The notes: generated by a model from the letters alone, not told the origin. Counted from the first letter of the stretch, positions 12,409-26,150 are shown. The stretch: 64,000 nucleotides of DNA from Callorhinchus milii (GCF_018977255.1 NW_024704743.1:10294001-10358000); one strand, 5' to 3'. Numbers and translations: made by a program.

Positions 12409-13535
12409 ATCATAGAATCATAGAATTATACAGCATAGAAGGAGGCCATTCAGCCCATTGTGTCTATGCCGGCTCTTTGAAAGGAGCCATCCAATTCAAT
12501 CCCACTCCATCGCTTTCTTCCCATAGCCCTGCAAACTTGTCCTCCCCAAATAATTATCTACTCTCTTAAAAATTGTTATCGAATCAGCTTCCACCACCAT
12601 TTCAGGCAATTTATTCCAGATCCAAACAACTCGCTATGGGAAAAAAATTCTCCTCACCTCCCCTCTGTTTCTTTTAACAACTATTTTAAATCGATGTCCT
12701 CGGGTTACCGACCCACATGCCAATGGAAATAATTTCTCATTGGTCATAGTATCGAATCCCCTCAGAATTTTGAAAACTTCTATTTTTCGTCTCCTCTTAA
12801 TCTTTTCTGCTCCAAGCATAATAATCCTCGCTTCTCTGGCCTCTCCTGATAACTGAAGTCCCTCGTTCCTGGTACCATCCTGGTAAATCTCCTTTGCAAC
12901 CTCTACAATGCCTTGACATCCTTCCTAAAGTGTGATGTCCAGAACTGAACACAGTACTCTAGCTGAGGCCTAACCAGTGCTTTATAAAGGTTCATCATAA
13001 CTTCCTGACTTTTGTATTCTATGCCCCTATTTATAAAGCCTAGTAGCCCGTATGCTTTTTAACAGCTTTATCTACCTGTCCAGCCACATTCAAAGATTTG
13101 CTTATCTGAACCCCAGGTCTCTCTGTGTCTGCCCATTTTACCAGTCTATCTATGTTCTTTTGCAGTCTGCTACTGTCCTCCTCACTGTTTACTACTTTTC
13201 TAGCTTAGTATTATCTGCAACGTTGGAAATTGTACTCCCTATACTGAAGTCCAGGTCATTTATATAGATCCAAAACAGCAGTGGTCCCAATACTGGCCTC
13301 TGGGGGACACCACACTTCCCACCAGTCAGAAAAACAACTGTTCATCACCACTCTCTGTTTTCTGTCTCCCAGCCAGTTCGGTTATCCATGCTGTCACTAT
13401 CCCTTTAATACCGTGTGCTTCTGTTTTGCTTACAAGTCTCTCATGTGGCACTTTATCGAACGCCTTTTCAAAATCCATATAAACTATATCAACTGCACAA
13501 CCTTCATCCATTCTCTCCATTACTTCATCAAAAGC
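12409..13535 (-). mobile_element. CR1 LINE 3' part with internal deletions
   Basis: ORF 13326..13520 reads VDIVYMDFEKAFDKVPH (RT); ORF 12634..12819 reads TRGHRFKI; TTCTATGATTCTATG tail. Confidence 0.92.
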
Positions 13536-14030
13536 TATTTGATGAGCACATGACTACAGTGTGGTGTGCCTATGAAATAGCTGAGGAAACTCTGATGCTT
13601 GGGATGACAGCTGTGGGAAGGTGAAACCTCGAGTTCGTGAAAACATATCCATAAATCCAAGATTCGTACTACAATAGCTGCCACATTTCGCCCACTAAAC
13701 ACACGGACATGGACCAAGACATGATTGAAAAAATCTGTCTTAAGGTGGGCTTTAAAGTTGGGGAGGGAGTGATGTGGAGGGACTTCATGACAGAGTTCCA
13801 GAGAGTGGGAGCAAAATGGCTGAATTCTCACCAATAATGGGTGAAGAATCAATGGTGGGGTGGGGCAAATTGGATAGGGACATGAAGGAGCTTATTGTTT
13901 ACTGAGTGAAGTGTGGTCGGGTTGTAGGAGAGAGGGTGGGATGAGTCCCTAGAGGAATTTCAACGTAAGGTTAAGGATCTTGAATTCGGTCTGCTGTGGG
14001 GACGGGAAGCCAGTGGAGCTGAATGAGGGT

Positions 14031-14165
14031 CAAAAGGCAAAATACTGCAGATGCTGGAAATCTGAAATAAAAAGAGAAGTCCTGGGAACATGCAGCAGGT
14101 CAGGCAGCATCTATGGAGAGAGAAAAGTGAGTTAATGTTTCAGGTTGATGACTTTTTGTCAGACT
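14031..14165 (-). mobile_element. Penelope-like terminal fragment, inserted beside L2 debris
   Basis: Reverse-complement similarity to 6725-6825. Confidence 0.6.
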
Positions 14166-14849
14166 TCATCTTCCTCTATCCCTCCCCTTTGCCCTCTCCT
14201 TCCCCATCTTCAGGTTGCACCTGAAGACCTTTCTCTTTGACCATTCCTACGGTCACCTCCTCTCTTCCCCTGCTATGTAAACACAAATTATTGTTCTTAA
14301 TAATAGAAAAACTTATAATCTTCTGACCTAAATGGTGAAAGAGTGCCTCAGGCAGAGACAGTCTGACACCTTAGATTTTTATTACTGGCAAGTTATATTT
14401 CTTACATGTTAATGTATAACAACAACAACAACAAGATTACATTTGTTTAGTGCCTTTCACGTAATGTATAAGAAATACATTACTGCAAAAAAAAATCCGG
14501 TGCCAGTTACTCCCTGAGGTATAATCACTTGAAACTTTGGACCACTTTTCCTGCCAATCAAGGTAAGAATAACAGCATGTGCACTATTCCTGTCAAATTT
14601 CATAACATTTAACCAGAATCAGTTTGTTTGTCTTCCTTTAACCTTATTTTGGTTGTGAGGTTTGACTTAATTGCTAATTTGAGTGCTGAGTTGCATTAGT
14701 CACCTGATTAAACATATTCGTTTTTGAATGTTGCATGTTTGCATGCAATTCATGTGGAAAAACAGAGCAGCCGTGTACATGTTAATTTTTAGGAATGCAC
14801 AATGCAGTTCAGTGTGTCGCGAGGCCCCGACAAATTGGGCTCTCCATTG

Positions 14850-15340
14850 CCATTGCTCATTCAAAACTCTGCTGCCTGCATACTGACTGGGACCAAACTT
14901 CGTACCCACATCTCACCAGTTCTGGCCAGACTCCACTGGCTCCCCATCACCAAAAGGATGGACTTCAAGATCCTCACTCTGGTGTTTAAATCCATTCACT
15001 CCCTGGCATCTCCCTACCTCTCCAACCTCCTCACTCCCCAATCCACCACCTGGCTCAACTGGCACCAGTCTCTTGCTCGTCCCTCGCACCCTCTGCTCCA
15101 CCATCGGAGATCATGCTTTAAGTCATTACGCCCCAAAACTGTAGAACACTTTCCCTCAATGCCTCTACCTTGCCCCCTCTCACCCCTCTTTCAAGTAATG
15201 CTTGAAAACTTTCCTGTTCGACCGTGCTTATGGCCATCTCCCCTCTCCCCACAGCTTGGAATCAGGCTCCACCACTGTTAAATGCTTTAAGATGCTACCC
15301 TGCATGGAGCATGCTATATAAATACAAGTTGTTGTTGTTA
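14850..15340 (+). mobile_element. L2 LINE 3' fragment
   Basis: ORF 14802..15281 reads IQNSAA..HISPVLARLHWLPITKRMDFKILTL; (TTG)n tail. Confidence 0.9.
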
Positions 15341-15519
15341 TCGATTGAATTATAATTTCTATGCGAAACAACTTTCTGTAGAACTATATTCTTCATTTGG
15401 TGCAACTTGGATTAGTGTCCAAGTTGAATTCCATGGAAATTTACATCACAGAAGAAGGTCATTTGATTCATCCTGTGTCTGTTCTGGGATTCAATAATAT
15501 AAAAATAATCCTTGTGTTT

Positions 15520-15940
15520 GTGTCAACCTAGCTCAGTTGGTGGCACTCTCGCCTGTTAGTTAGAAGGTTGTGGGTTCAAGCCCCACATTGGGATTATGAT
15601 TCACTACACTGGACTGACACTCCTATACAGTATTGTGAGAGCCCTGCTTTGTTGGAGGTGTCGTCCTTTGAATAAGATGTTTAACCGACACCCCATCTGA
15701 TGGATCAGGCCGTTAAAGATCCCTACGCACAGTTTGAAAAGAGAAGAAAATTGCTATGTTATGGCCAACAATCCTCCAGGTAAAATCAGTCATTCATTTT
15801 AGAGCCGTTTGTAGGACACTACTCTGGGCACATTGGTTGTATTGGCCAGTAAAGTACACATTCACTAAAATCCTGTGAAATCCTGCTTTGAGATGTTCTC
15901 CTGACATGAATGTCCTATATCAAATCAAGGATTATGATTT
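15520..15940 (+). mobile_element. DeuSINE-type SINE (family C)
   Basis: Head GTGTCAACCTAGCTCAGTTGG...GGGTTCAAGCCCC, Deu-like body and L2-type tail. Confidence 0.75.
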
Positions 15941-18900
15941 TAATTTTGATACAGAATCTTATCACATCATCAAGATGTCTCAAAGCACTTCCTTGGATTG
16001 GATTGTTAATTGTAGTGACTGTATTTTAGGTAGGTGAACATGAGCCAATCTTTAACAAACAGCCATGGAATGAATTTGGGGAATCGTTGGCCAGGAAAAA
16101 CTCTCTTCTCTTTTCGAGTAGTACCATGGGATTTTTAATGTTCACCTGAACAGGCAGATGGTTTAATTCATAAATTCAACCTGCTGCTCATTTCTAAACA
16201 GTGTGCTATGGATGTCAACACTTGTTATCTTACTAGTGGCTTTACTACTTGCACAGTACTCCTATGATTTGCACAGTGCAGTGCCCGCAGTGTTACTCTA
16301 TACCTTTATCTGATATGGGGTTGTGACCTAGATTGACCTGTATCTCTTCAAGCAATAAGAGATGCTAGTATCACTGTGCTAGTTTACATGTTCCATGCTG
16401 ACACCATTCGATTTAAAAGATCCAATGCAGCGCTGGCCTCAGACAAGTATTTGAAGTGAATAATTATAATAATTAAAATCCTTGCATTTGGTATAGCCTC
16501 ATCACAATGCTGATATATCTCAAACGCTTCACAGTGTAATGACTGTGTGTTTTGTGGGCAAATCAGCAGCCAATTTGTGCACTGCCATAAGTGTAATATT
16601 AGGGTCGTTCAACCCAAATGAAATGTATTATTGAATAACAAATATATTTTTCAAAATAAAACCTCATTACTGTGATGATAGCAGTTAATTGACACAGCAA
16701 TTATAGCCAATACAGCATTTTCCAGTTTGACTATTTTCGTTAAAAATAAATTATTATTTTGTATCTACATTGTGCCTTTGCAGTTGGCACTTCATAAATA
16801 AAGATATTTAAAATGTTAGAATGCGGGAAGTTATCTTGATGTTTTGTGGTGGAAAAATGTACCTAAAGGACAAGGGAATGAGACGTGACTAGAATTTTAA
16901 ACAACACAATGAATTTCTGAACTGAATATATTTATGTAAAAATCTTATTTCTAGATAATCAACTATTCACTACCACTTAATGACCTTGCAGTTGTCACAC
17001 CACAGTAAAGAATAGTCATAATAATACTTGTATTTGGGAGGATGTCTCAAATTGCTTCACGTCACTTACTGTAAAGTGGAGTGACTGTATTTATAGGGGA
17101 ATGCTGAAGTCGAATTTGTGCACAGCAATGCTCCACAATTAATAATCCTTGCATTTTGATAATTAAGAAATTAAGCACAAATTAAGAAAATGACTCATTT
17201 TATTTTGGGGATTGATGGCCAGGACACAGGGATAAACTCCCTTTTCTTTTCAGGAAAACAGGAAAACAGGTTGTTGTGGTCCTTGCTGAGATTCAGCAAG
17301 ATCTGCATGGGGCACCAAGCATTGGTCCTTGCCTTCCCTGGGTTAGGCAGATGAAAAACAGCCAAGGGTTCCCTCTTCTCCCTCGTCCCTCTACTGTTTG
17401 TGGGGAGGCAGGTTGTTGGTGGTGATGCCCTCTACAGTCAAGTGGCCTGAAATCACAACCTGCCAAGGCTCACAAGTGAACTCTGACCATTGAGATGGAG
17501 AATTGAAGGGTAACAGTGTGAGGACACTGAGGATCAGGAATGGAGAGGTATAAAAATTAGAGCCACTACTTTTTTGTTACAAAATGCACATAGCTCAGGT
17601 GCCAAGCCAGGACTGTCAATGCCTTAGGTGCCCTCCAATGTTATACGCAATATAAACATGTAAATGTGTATTATATGTTAGTTTGGATCAGTAGGTAGCA
17701 CTCTCACTTCTGGGTCAGAAGGTTCAAGTCCCACACCTAAATTTGACCTGCTTATCTACATGATGGTTCAGTGCAGCGCTGAGGTGAGATGTCGTTCTTC
17801 AAAATGAAATGTCAATCCCTGCTCCCACCTGGTGGTTCAGATGGGTGTTAAAGATTCCATGGTGGTCTACATCTTTCATCCAGTATCCTGGCCAATATTC
17901 CTCTCTCTATTTAAAAAGGTTTACCAATAAACAGATTAAATTTTGTTTATAAAATTCACAGCAATTCACGACATCTTACAATATATCCTGTGAAGTGCTT
18001 TGAAGCGTCCTCCCAACAATACTATTGATAAATATAATCATTGGATATTGTGCAGCGAAGACGTCTGTAAACTCTACACATTGTAACATGGAGTGAATGT
18101 GTATTTTTTGTATGCGAATGTGATAGCCAATTTGCACACACCAATATCCCACAAATTTATCTGGCAGATTGTTATGCACCACACTAAGAGATACTTTCTT
18201 CTCTTATCAAATGGTGCCACTGAAATTTTAACATCCATCTGAACAGGCAGACAGGACTCGCTTTAATGTCTCAATCGAAGGACACCTTTAACTCCCCAAC
18301 ACTGCATTGGAGCCTAACCTATGTGAGTTTCAAAGTCTTGATGTGGGCTTGATCCACAACTTTCTGACTTAGAGGCAAGAGTGGTAGCAACCGAGCCATG
18401 CTGGCGCACATCCATGGGGTGTTGCTCGGGCAGTGTTTGACTATACCAACAGTCACTACGTTTCAAAGTAATTCATTGTGAAAAATGCTTTGAGACATTT
18501 CTACATGGCAGGTGCTATGTCAAATGCAAACTTTCTTTCACTATCTGAACCAAACAAATTTGGTATGTTGTAATATCATTTTATTCTGCGGATAATTTCT
18601 TTCTTTGCATTCAATTCAAAAGCACTGCACTGATTTGTGTGAGAGAGAAACCAAACAAGCTCATCCTGGAGGCCAAAAACAACCCAAAGACACTTTTCCA
18701 CCGTTCATCACCTCCTCCGTGCACCTCCTCAAGCTCCCTCTGTCCTCACATCAAGTGGCAAGTACGAAGACTTCTTCACCTCAAAGATTCAAAGCATTCG
18801 CTTGCCTGCATCGTTCTCCCCACCATGTCCCCTTTCACCCCACCCAGAGTCCCACCTGAAAACTTTCCTTTCAACTGTATTATGGTCTTTCAGAATCAGA

Positions 18901-19221
18901 CTCTAGAAGGCACGATATAAGTGCAAGTTGTTGTTGGTGTTTTTATTTTTATTTGTTGTGCATCAAAGGAGTTCATCATCCTGCTTTAAGCATGTTGTCT
19001 TATTACAGAGCTTTCAACCTCTGTTTTTTATGAATCAATAAGTCAAAGAATATACAAGCTGTTAGTGTCAGGAACAATGTCTGCTATTTCCACAGAAAAA
19101 TGAGCAAAAATATTTTCATAAGAGTAGGTATTTATTCTAAAACAGTAATAATATGGTTTTGAGTCATTTCATAGCTATAATCTCATTTTGGATACAGATG
19201 ACAAAAATAACATAGAGTGCT

Positions 19222-19750
19222 TTACAGTGGTGTGGCAAAACAAAGAGATTGAGGCAAGGAGTTCCAGTGATTCAGGGCATAGTGACTGAAAACATGGCTG
19301 TCAATTGTGGAGCGGAGGGAACAAAGGACATGCAGCAGATCTGTGCTAGCTGAGCGAAGATGATGAGTAGCGGAGTGGGTTTGAGCAGTTCGGAAAGGTA
19401 GGGAAGTGCCAGGGCTTAAAGACATGGAATCATACAGCACAGAAGGAGGCAATTCAGTCAATTGTGTCTGTGCCGGCTCTTTGAAAAGAGCTATCCAATT
19501 CAATCCCACTCCCCTGCTCTCCCAATAGCCCTGCAAAGTTGTCTTCCCCAAATAATAATCTATTGAGTGAGGATTTTGAAATCAATACATTAGGGAGCCT
19601 GGTACAGGTGAGAACAGAGGCAGCAGAGCTTTGAATCATTTGGACCCTGTTGGAGCTCCCCATTGCAGCTGGGGAGATCTTTGAAGAACTTGAGGTGGGA
19701 GGTAACGAAAGCATGAAAGAGAATTTCAGCAGTGTTTTTGCTGAAATTCT
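19222..19750 (-). mobile_element. Old L2 fragment carrying a short CR1 3'-end insertion (~19424-19565)
   Basis: L2 peptides RVQMIQSSAA and LNHWNSLP flank CR1 tail sequence GGATAGCTCTTTTCAAAGAGCCGGCACAG. Confidence 0.8.
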
Positions 19751-20128
19751 GAAATTACAGTTCTTAACTCAAGAGGACTAAATCTGTAGCCGTCTTCAAA
19801 GAAACATTGTAATGAATTGCTCTCTTGCGTGCTAGCTTGCCTCAGTTGGCAGCGCTGAGTCAGAAGGTTATGGGTTTCAAACCCTATGTCAGAAATCTGA
19901 GCTTACAGTTCAGGCTGACACTCCAGTGCAGTGCTGAATGTGTGCTGTATTGGCGTTCATCGGATGAGAAATTAATCTGAGGATTTGTCTGCACACTAAA
20001 GATCCCATGGAGCAAATCAGAAAGAGAAAGTAGTTTCTCCCCGTGTCCTGGCCAGCAATCCCCCAAATATTCTTCATAGCTGTTTGTGGGATATGGTGTG
20101 CCAAATTGGCTACCTGCTTGCCTGCCCT

Positions 20129-20531
20129 GTGGAGTCCTGAAGCTCAGTGGTCAGAGCACTCGCCTTGCAGGCGAGAGACCTGGGCTCGATTTCCGGCAGG
20201 GCGAAACATCGAGCAAGTTTTCTTACTTCACACTCATAAGAGCATAAGAATTGCTAGACAAAAGAACAGCAGCAGTAAGTCTGTTTACCTAGCAGTAAGT
20301 AGGAACCCAGCTTTTAGTCAATTGGCGGATTGCTTTTCTGGGGGTAATAATTCCTTTTAAAAAAAATTGGTCATTCAATCCACAACTGTTGTGCACAATT
20401 GGCTGCCACATTCTGCCCACAAAATATACAGTCAATTCACTTACAGTCAATACAGTGTATTCTGTGAAGTGCTTTAAGACATCTCGAAGATATGATAAGG
20501 CATTATATCAAAAGCAAGGTTTATTATTATT
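20129..20531 (+). mobile_element. tRNA-SINE subfamily B with a short antisense CR1-tail insertion (~20235-20275)
   Basis: Boxes A/B, CTGTTTACCTAGCAGTAAGTAGGAACC block, Deu core; the insert CATAAGAGCATAAGAATTGCTAG matches CR1 tails at ~21141 and ~50181. Confidence 0.85.
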
Positions 20532-20796
20532 AAATACACAGTCACTGCACTTTACGTCCTGTACATCCTGTGAAGCGCTTTGAGCCATCCTCCTGCCATA
20601 ACATAGATATACATTATTATTATGTCGGTCCACAGTTCGGCATTGAATGTAACTCATACATTTTTCTCTTGGACTTTAGTACCAGGATATATTAGTGTCA
20701 CAGTTTTAGGATTTAGAAAGAAGGTGAAAGAAGGCGCGCTGAATTCAGAAGTAAGGCTCTTCGAATTCTGTCATGAATTTTTTATGAATTATTCCA

Positions 20797-20810
20797 GTTG
20801 CCATGGAAAC
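20797..20810. promoter_or_regulatory. RFX X-box motif
   Basis: GTTGCCATGGAAAC, one mismatch from the palindromic X-box, in TE-free sequence. Confidence 0.45.
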
Positions 20811-21665
20811 AGTGTTTTCCAGTTCCAGGCACCTCTCTTTTCGTTCAGTATCAGGCTTGGAGTCTCTTCTTTAGTTTATCCTGAGCTCTGTGCGATGTTT
20901 GAAACTCTTTTTTATGTGTGACTTATTCTTTTGAAGAAAAATGATAATGGTCTCTGGGTGGGAGGAATAACACCTCCATTTTAAATTCATGTGAAAGTGC
21001 AACAATAGTTTTCATTCCCTCCCTCAGAAAGTGCCGGGAGATTGAGGTAGCGATCTTCCAGGGTTGCATGATTCAATTTTACAGTGGAATTTATAAAGTA
21101 GAATTCAACGTATTTGAATGTATCCAGGGGGCATGCCTCAGAACATAAGAACATAAGAATTGCTAGATGAAAGAAGGCTAAGAGCCACCCAGTTCACCTT
21201 CCACCATCCTGGAAGTCGCATGCACATGTCATGTCCCAAACTACATAATGTATCCCAAGATATTATTTTCTAAAAAAAATCTAATTTGTTTTTGATCAAA
21301 TCAACACTTTCTGCTGGAACATTATTAAATAGGGAAGGTTTACTCTACTGGGGCCTGTCTCAACATTGCAATAGCATTGGTAGTTTTGGAAACCTTTCAC
21401 TGTCCAGTAGGCTAAGTCATATGAATACATTGACATCAACAGTAGCAAATCAATGCCTCAAATTAATTAAAGAGGATTATGCAGATTTTAACACCGGCAT
21501 GGATTAGTTGGGCTGAACATTTTGATTCTGTGCTGCATGTTTCTGGGTCATTCATAGATTCATAGATTTTAGAAAGTGCAGCTCAGAAACAGGCCATGGC
21601 CTATCCAATTGGTTCACGATTTATATTCTGCATGAATTCACATCCTAGATTCTTTCCCATCCTAG

Positions 21666-22190
21666 ATCCTGTAGCTCAGTGGTTACTCCCTTCAAAAAAA
21701 TAATAATAATGAATCGGTCACTTCAATCCATGATTGTTTGTGGGACACTGCTGTGCGCAATTGGCTGCCGCGTTTCGCCCACAAAATATAATAATAATAA
21801 TAATAATAATCCTTGCATTTGATATATCGCTTTTCACGTCGGGAGGATGTCCCAAAGCACTTCACAGAACACACTGTAAAGTGAATTGACTGTATAATTG
21901 TGGGCGAACGCGGCAGCCAATTGCGCACAGCAATGTCCCACAAATAGTCATAGATTGAAAATGACCAATTTATTATCGCTTTTGGTTTTGGAGGGATTAT
22001 TATTAGGCGTGTGGAGTAAGGAAACTTGTCCAAGGTTTCGCCCTGCCTGGAATTGAACTCAGGTCTCTCGCTTGCTATAGGACTCCAATATGCAGTCAAT
22101 TCACTTTACAGTGTATTCTGCAAAGCGCTTTGAGGTGTCTCGAAGACGTGATAAAGTGCTATATCAAATGTAAGGATTATTATTATTATA
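21666..22190. mobile_element. SINE (+) interrupted by a younger subfamily A SINE (-, 21790-22087)
   Basis: AATAT duplicated at 21785-21789 and 22088-22092; the outer SINE resumes after the insert. Confidence 0.9.
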
Positions 22191-22555
22191 CTGTACATCA
22201 GAGAGATTTTGTGGACAATGCAGCAGTGAATCTGTACACAGCAATGCCCTATAATCAGCCAATTTTATCTGGGGTATTGTTGGCCAGGACACTCGGAGAA
22301 ACTTTGTTCTTTTTTGAAATTGTACCCTGGCATCTTTAACATCCACATGAATAGGGAAACAGAATCTCAATTTAATATCTCATCCAAAGTACAGCACCTC
22401 CATCAATGCAGCATATCTCCAGCATCAGCATAGATTATATGAGTTCCATGTCCCGACATGGGGCTTGAATCCACAACCTACTGACTCAGAGGCGAGGGAG
22501 CTACCAAACGAGACAGACTGACACACATAATGATACACATGATGTACACACAGTC

Positions 22556-23012
22556 CTTCAGTTATCAGGAGAAGCTAGAGAAACTAGGATTATTCTCCTT
22601 GGAGCAGAGAAAGTTAAGAGTTAAGGTTAAGGTTAAGGTTAAATTTCTATTGAAATTTTCTAAATTATGAGGGGATTCAATAGGGTGAACCAGGAGAAAC
22701 AATTTCCACTGGCGGGTGGGTCGGTAACCCAAGGATACCGATTTAAAATAGTTGTTAAAAGAAACAGGGGAGGTGAGGGGAAATTTTTTCACACAGCAAG
22801 TCGTTCAGATCTGGAATGCATTGCCTGAAAGGGTGGTGGAAGCTGATTAAATGATAACTTTTCGGAGAGAAGTAGATAATTATTTGGGGAGGATAAGTTT
22901 GCAGGGCTATGGGGAGAGCATGGGGGAATGGAATTGATTTGGATAGCTCTTTTCAAGGAGCCAACACAGCCATGATGGACCAAATGGCTGTATAATTCTA
23001 TGATTCTATGAT
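22556..23012 (+). mobile_element. CR1 3' end with an internal (TTAAGG)n expansion
   Basis: Near-identical to the CR1 3' end at 35335-35660; GTTAAG repeats at ~22612-22642. Confidence 0.9.
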
Positions 23013-23237
23013 ATGATCCTTGTTATTATTATTATTATTATTATTAGAGGAATTCCTGAAAGTACACCATAAGAGTACTTGCAGTGTACTATTTCACACC
23101 ATAAAACTCCTTTCATCGTCATTGTGGGACATTTCTGGTGCAAGTTGGCTGCTGTGTTTGCCCACAAATGCACAGTCACTCTATGGCAATTGCCTGTGAA
23201 GCACTTGAGACATTTCAATGCTATAGGGGCTATATTC

Positions 23238-23620
23238 TGGAGTCCTGTAGCTTTGTGTTTAGAGCACTCGCCTCACAAGCAAAAGGACCTGGGTTTGATT
23301 CCTGGACAGGGCGAAACATTGGACAAGTTTCCTTACTCCATACCTCTGTTGACCTAGCAGTAAGTGGGAACTTGGTTGTTAGTTGATTGGCAGATTGCTT
23401 TTCTGAGGATATTAATCTGTTAATATTCTTTTAAAAGAAAATACTAATTTGGTCACTCAATCCACGACAGTTTGTGGGACATTGCTATGGGCAATTGGCT
23501 GCTGTGTTTTGCCCACAAAATATATAGTTAATTCACTTTACAGTATATTCTGTGAAGCACTTTGAGACGTTTTAAAGACGTCATAAGGCACTATATCAAA
23601 TGCAAGGATTATTATGATAT
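23238..23620 (+). mobile_element. tRNA-SINE subfamily B
   Basis: Head, CCTCTGTTGACCTAGCAGTAAGT block, Deu core and tail. Confidence 0.88.
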
Positions 23621-24079
23621 TAATAATATAAATTGCTGGATTTCCTCGAGTTCAAAATCGAGGGGATCCATTCAGCTGCCTCCGCCCTTCCAACCGACAC
23701 ACCCTCCCCATTTCCCTCCCATGCTCCGACCCATACTCATCCCTCCCTCAACATCTTCGAACCTGTCTCCCTCTTCTCTCTCATCACCACCATACACAGT
23801 ATGAAACACACCAACTACTACCTTGACCCCATCCGTAACCCTCTCCACCTCCTCGCCCCTCTACTCTCCAACACCATCAATCTCTACCAATCATCTGGAA
23901 CCATCCCAACCCTAGCCCTCCATGCTCAGGTCCTGATCCCCGACTGTATAGCGTCTTGGGATGTCTTCGCAACATGAAAGACACTTTACAAATGTAATTT
24001 TGTTGTTTTTAAATATAAGGCATTTTACGATTATTATTCTCCTACAAAAATACAGTTACTACACTTTACTCATGTAAAG

Positions 24080-24204
24080 CAGTGGTGGCCAACCTTTACA
24101 GTTGGCCAACAAAATACATTTTTTTGATTGAACATTCCTTGATTTATGCCACAAACTCATCTACACGTGTGAGAATGTTCGGAGGGCCACAAGTTGGCCA
24201 CCAC
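24080..24204. mobile_element. Small MITE with hAT/Charlie-like ends
   Basis: Perfect 12-bp TIR GTGGTGGCCAAC (24082-24093) / GTTGGCCACCAC (24193-24204), inserted in a SINE tail. Confidence 0.65.
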
Positions 24205-25414
24205 ATAAAAGATGCTATATCAAATGCATCAACAACAATAAAATTACATTTGTATAGCACTGTTCACATTTGGAGGACATCCCAAGATGCTGAACAGTCA
24301 GTGTTTCAGACCCGTGCTGGGGTTGTGATCGGGGAGGGTCAGGGCAGGTGGGAAAGCGAGCGATCGAAGGCAGGGTTGAAAAGGAGAGTCTTGAGATGGC
24401 TCTTGAAGGAGGCAAAGGAGGGAACGAGGCTGAGGGACTGCAGGATGGAGTTCTAGAGGGTGGGGGCAGAGTGGCTGATGGCTCACTTACAAGCATTAGG
24501 ATGATGATGATTATTATTAAAATTATTATTACAGTAGCTCCGAGAGCCTTCAGGAATCAAGGAATATCATGTGAGCAATTTACTGAAAGTTTGTTAATAT
24601 ACACTTTTAGAAATAAAGTGGAACAATAGGTCTAAAAAAAGACTTAAGAAGTCAATGTTCATTCCAGGTGCCCGATGTCAGATTACATGCACAAACTCAG
24701 GATGTTTATGTTTCCCTTACTAAGAGAAAAGTCACATAAATCACCAAATCTAAAACATGTCCATTGGCAAAATATGCATTTTTATGACTCTCTTAGAGAG
24801 GGCATATGGTAATACTTTGAAATGTGCTGAACCACACAAGTGATATGGGAACTATTTCCAAAATAATTGGCACAACTTGTCTACTGTAAGGGAATGATCA
24901 AAGCCCTCTTGATATGTCCTTGAGAAAGTATTTGTTACATCAGCTTACCATGGATATGGGTCCCACTTACTATGCTGGTGAGTACACCATTGTTATATTG
25001 CTTATAAAATACTTATCATCTTGTTTTTGTTTGCAAGATTCTCATCTTCTTTCTCTTCCTTTTCATATTAATCTCTTTCCTGCCATCATATGAATAATGT
25101 AGGATTAAAATAAGAATGGTCATTCACTAAATGGCTATTTGTATGAAGATTGGTGTCTGCAAAATTGGATGCCTGAATTGCCCACAAAAAAAACAGTAAT
25201 TTTATTAAATCCTGTGAAATGCTTTGAGATGTCCTCCTGATGTGAAAGGGAGCAAGGTTTTTATTTCTCCCGCACATCTATGTGTTAATTAGTAATTTGT
25301 CAATTTTTAATCCAGGTCACCTTGACTCAATTGGCAGCAATTTTGCCTCTGAGTTAGAAGGTTGTGGATTCAAGAGTCATACCAGAACTTGAACTGACAA
25401 TAGACTGATAATTC

Positions 25415-26150
25415 AACAACAACAACAGCAACAAAATTACATTTGTATAGTACCTTTCACGTCGGGAGGAAGTCCCAAGGTGCTGGACAGACAGAGTTAC
25501 GGACCCGAGCTGGGGGTCGGGGTCGGGGAGGGTAGAGATCAAAGGGGGAAGCAGGGAGATCAAAAGCATGGTCGAAGAAGAGGGTCTTGAAGATGGCAAG
25601 GGAGGGGATGAGGCGGACGGACTACGGGATGGAGTTCCAGAGGGTGGGGGCAGAGAGGCAGAAGGCCCGCCTGCCAATACTGGAGCGAGTGAGGCAGGGG
25701 ATATGAAGCAGGCCGGAGCCTGCTGAGTGGAGAGAGCGAACAGGATGGTAGGGGGTTAGGAGGTCACAGAAGTAGTAGGGATCAAGACCGTGGAGGGCTT
25801 TGAAGGTGAGGACCAGGATCTTGAACTGTATCCTCTGTTTGATGGGAAGCCAGTGAAGTTGGGCAAGGATGGAGTTGATAGGGTTACGGAGCCTGGTGTG
25901 GGAGAGGACATGGGCTGCAGAGTTCTCGATCATCTGCAGTCTGTGGAGGGAGGAGTTGGGGAGGCCGACAAGCAATGACTTTGCATAGTCGAGCCTCAAA
26001 GTAATGAAAGCTGTATGAAGGTTTTGACGGCCTGCGGTGTGAGACAATGGCTGAGCCAGGCGACGTTGCGGCGCTGGGGGAAGGCAGAGCAGGTCATGGT
26101 GCAGATGTGGGGTAGAAAGGAGAGTTGAGGGAAGTAATGGAGTGCTGAAG
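25415..26150 (-). mobile_element. L2 LINE 3' part
   Basis: ORF 25622..26158 reads AFITLRLDYAKSLLVGLP..LHWLPIKQRIQFKIL; (CAA)n tail. Confidence 0.92.

Noticed and set aside
22612..22642. Interstitial telomeric repeat
   Set aside because: The unit is TTAAGG, not TTAGGG, and is a slippage expansion of CR1 sequence AGGTTAAG.
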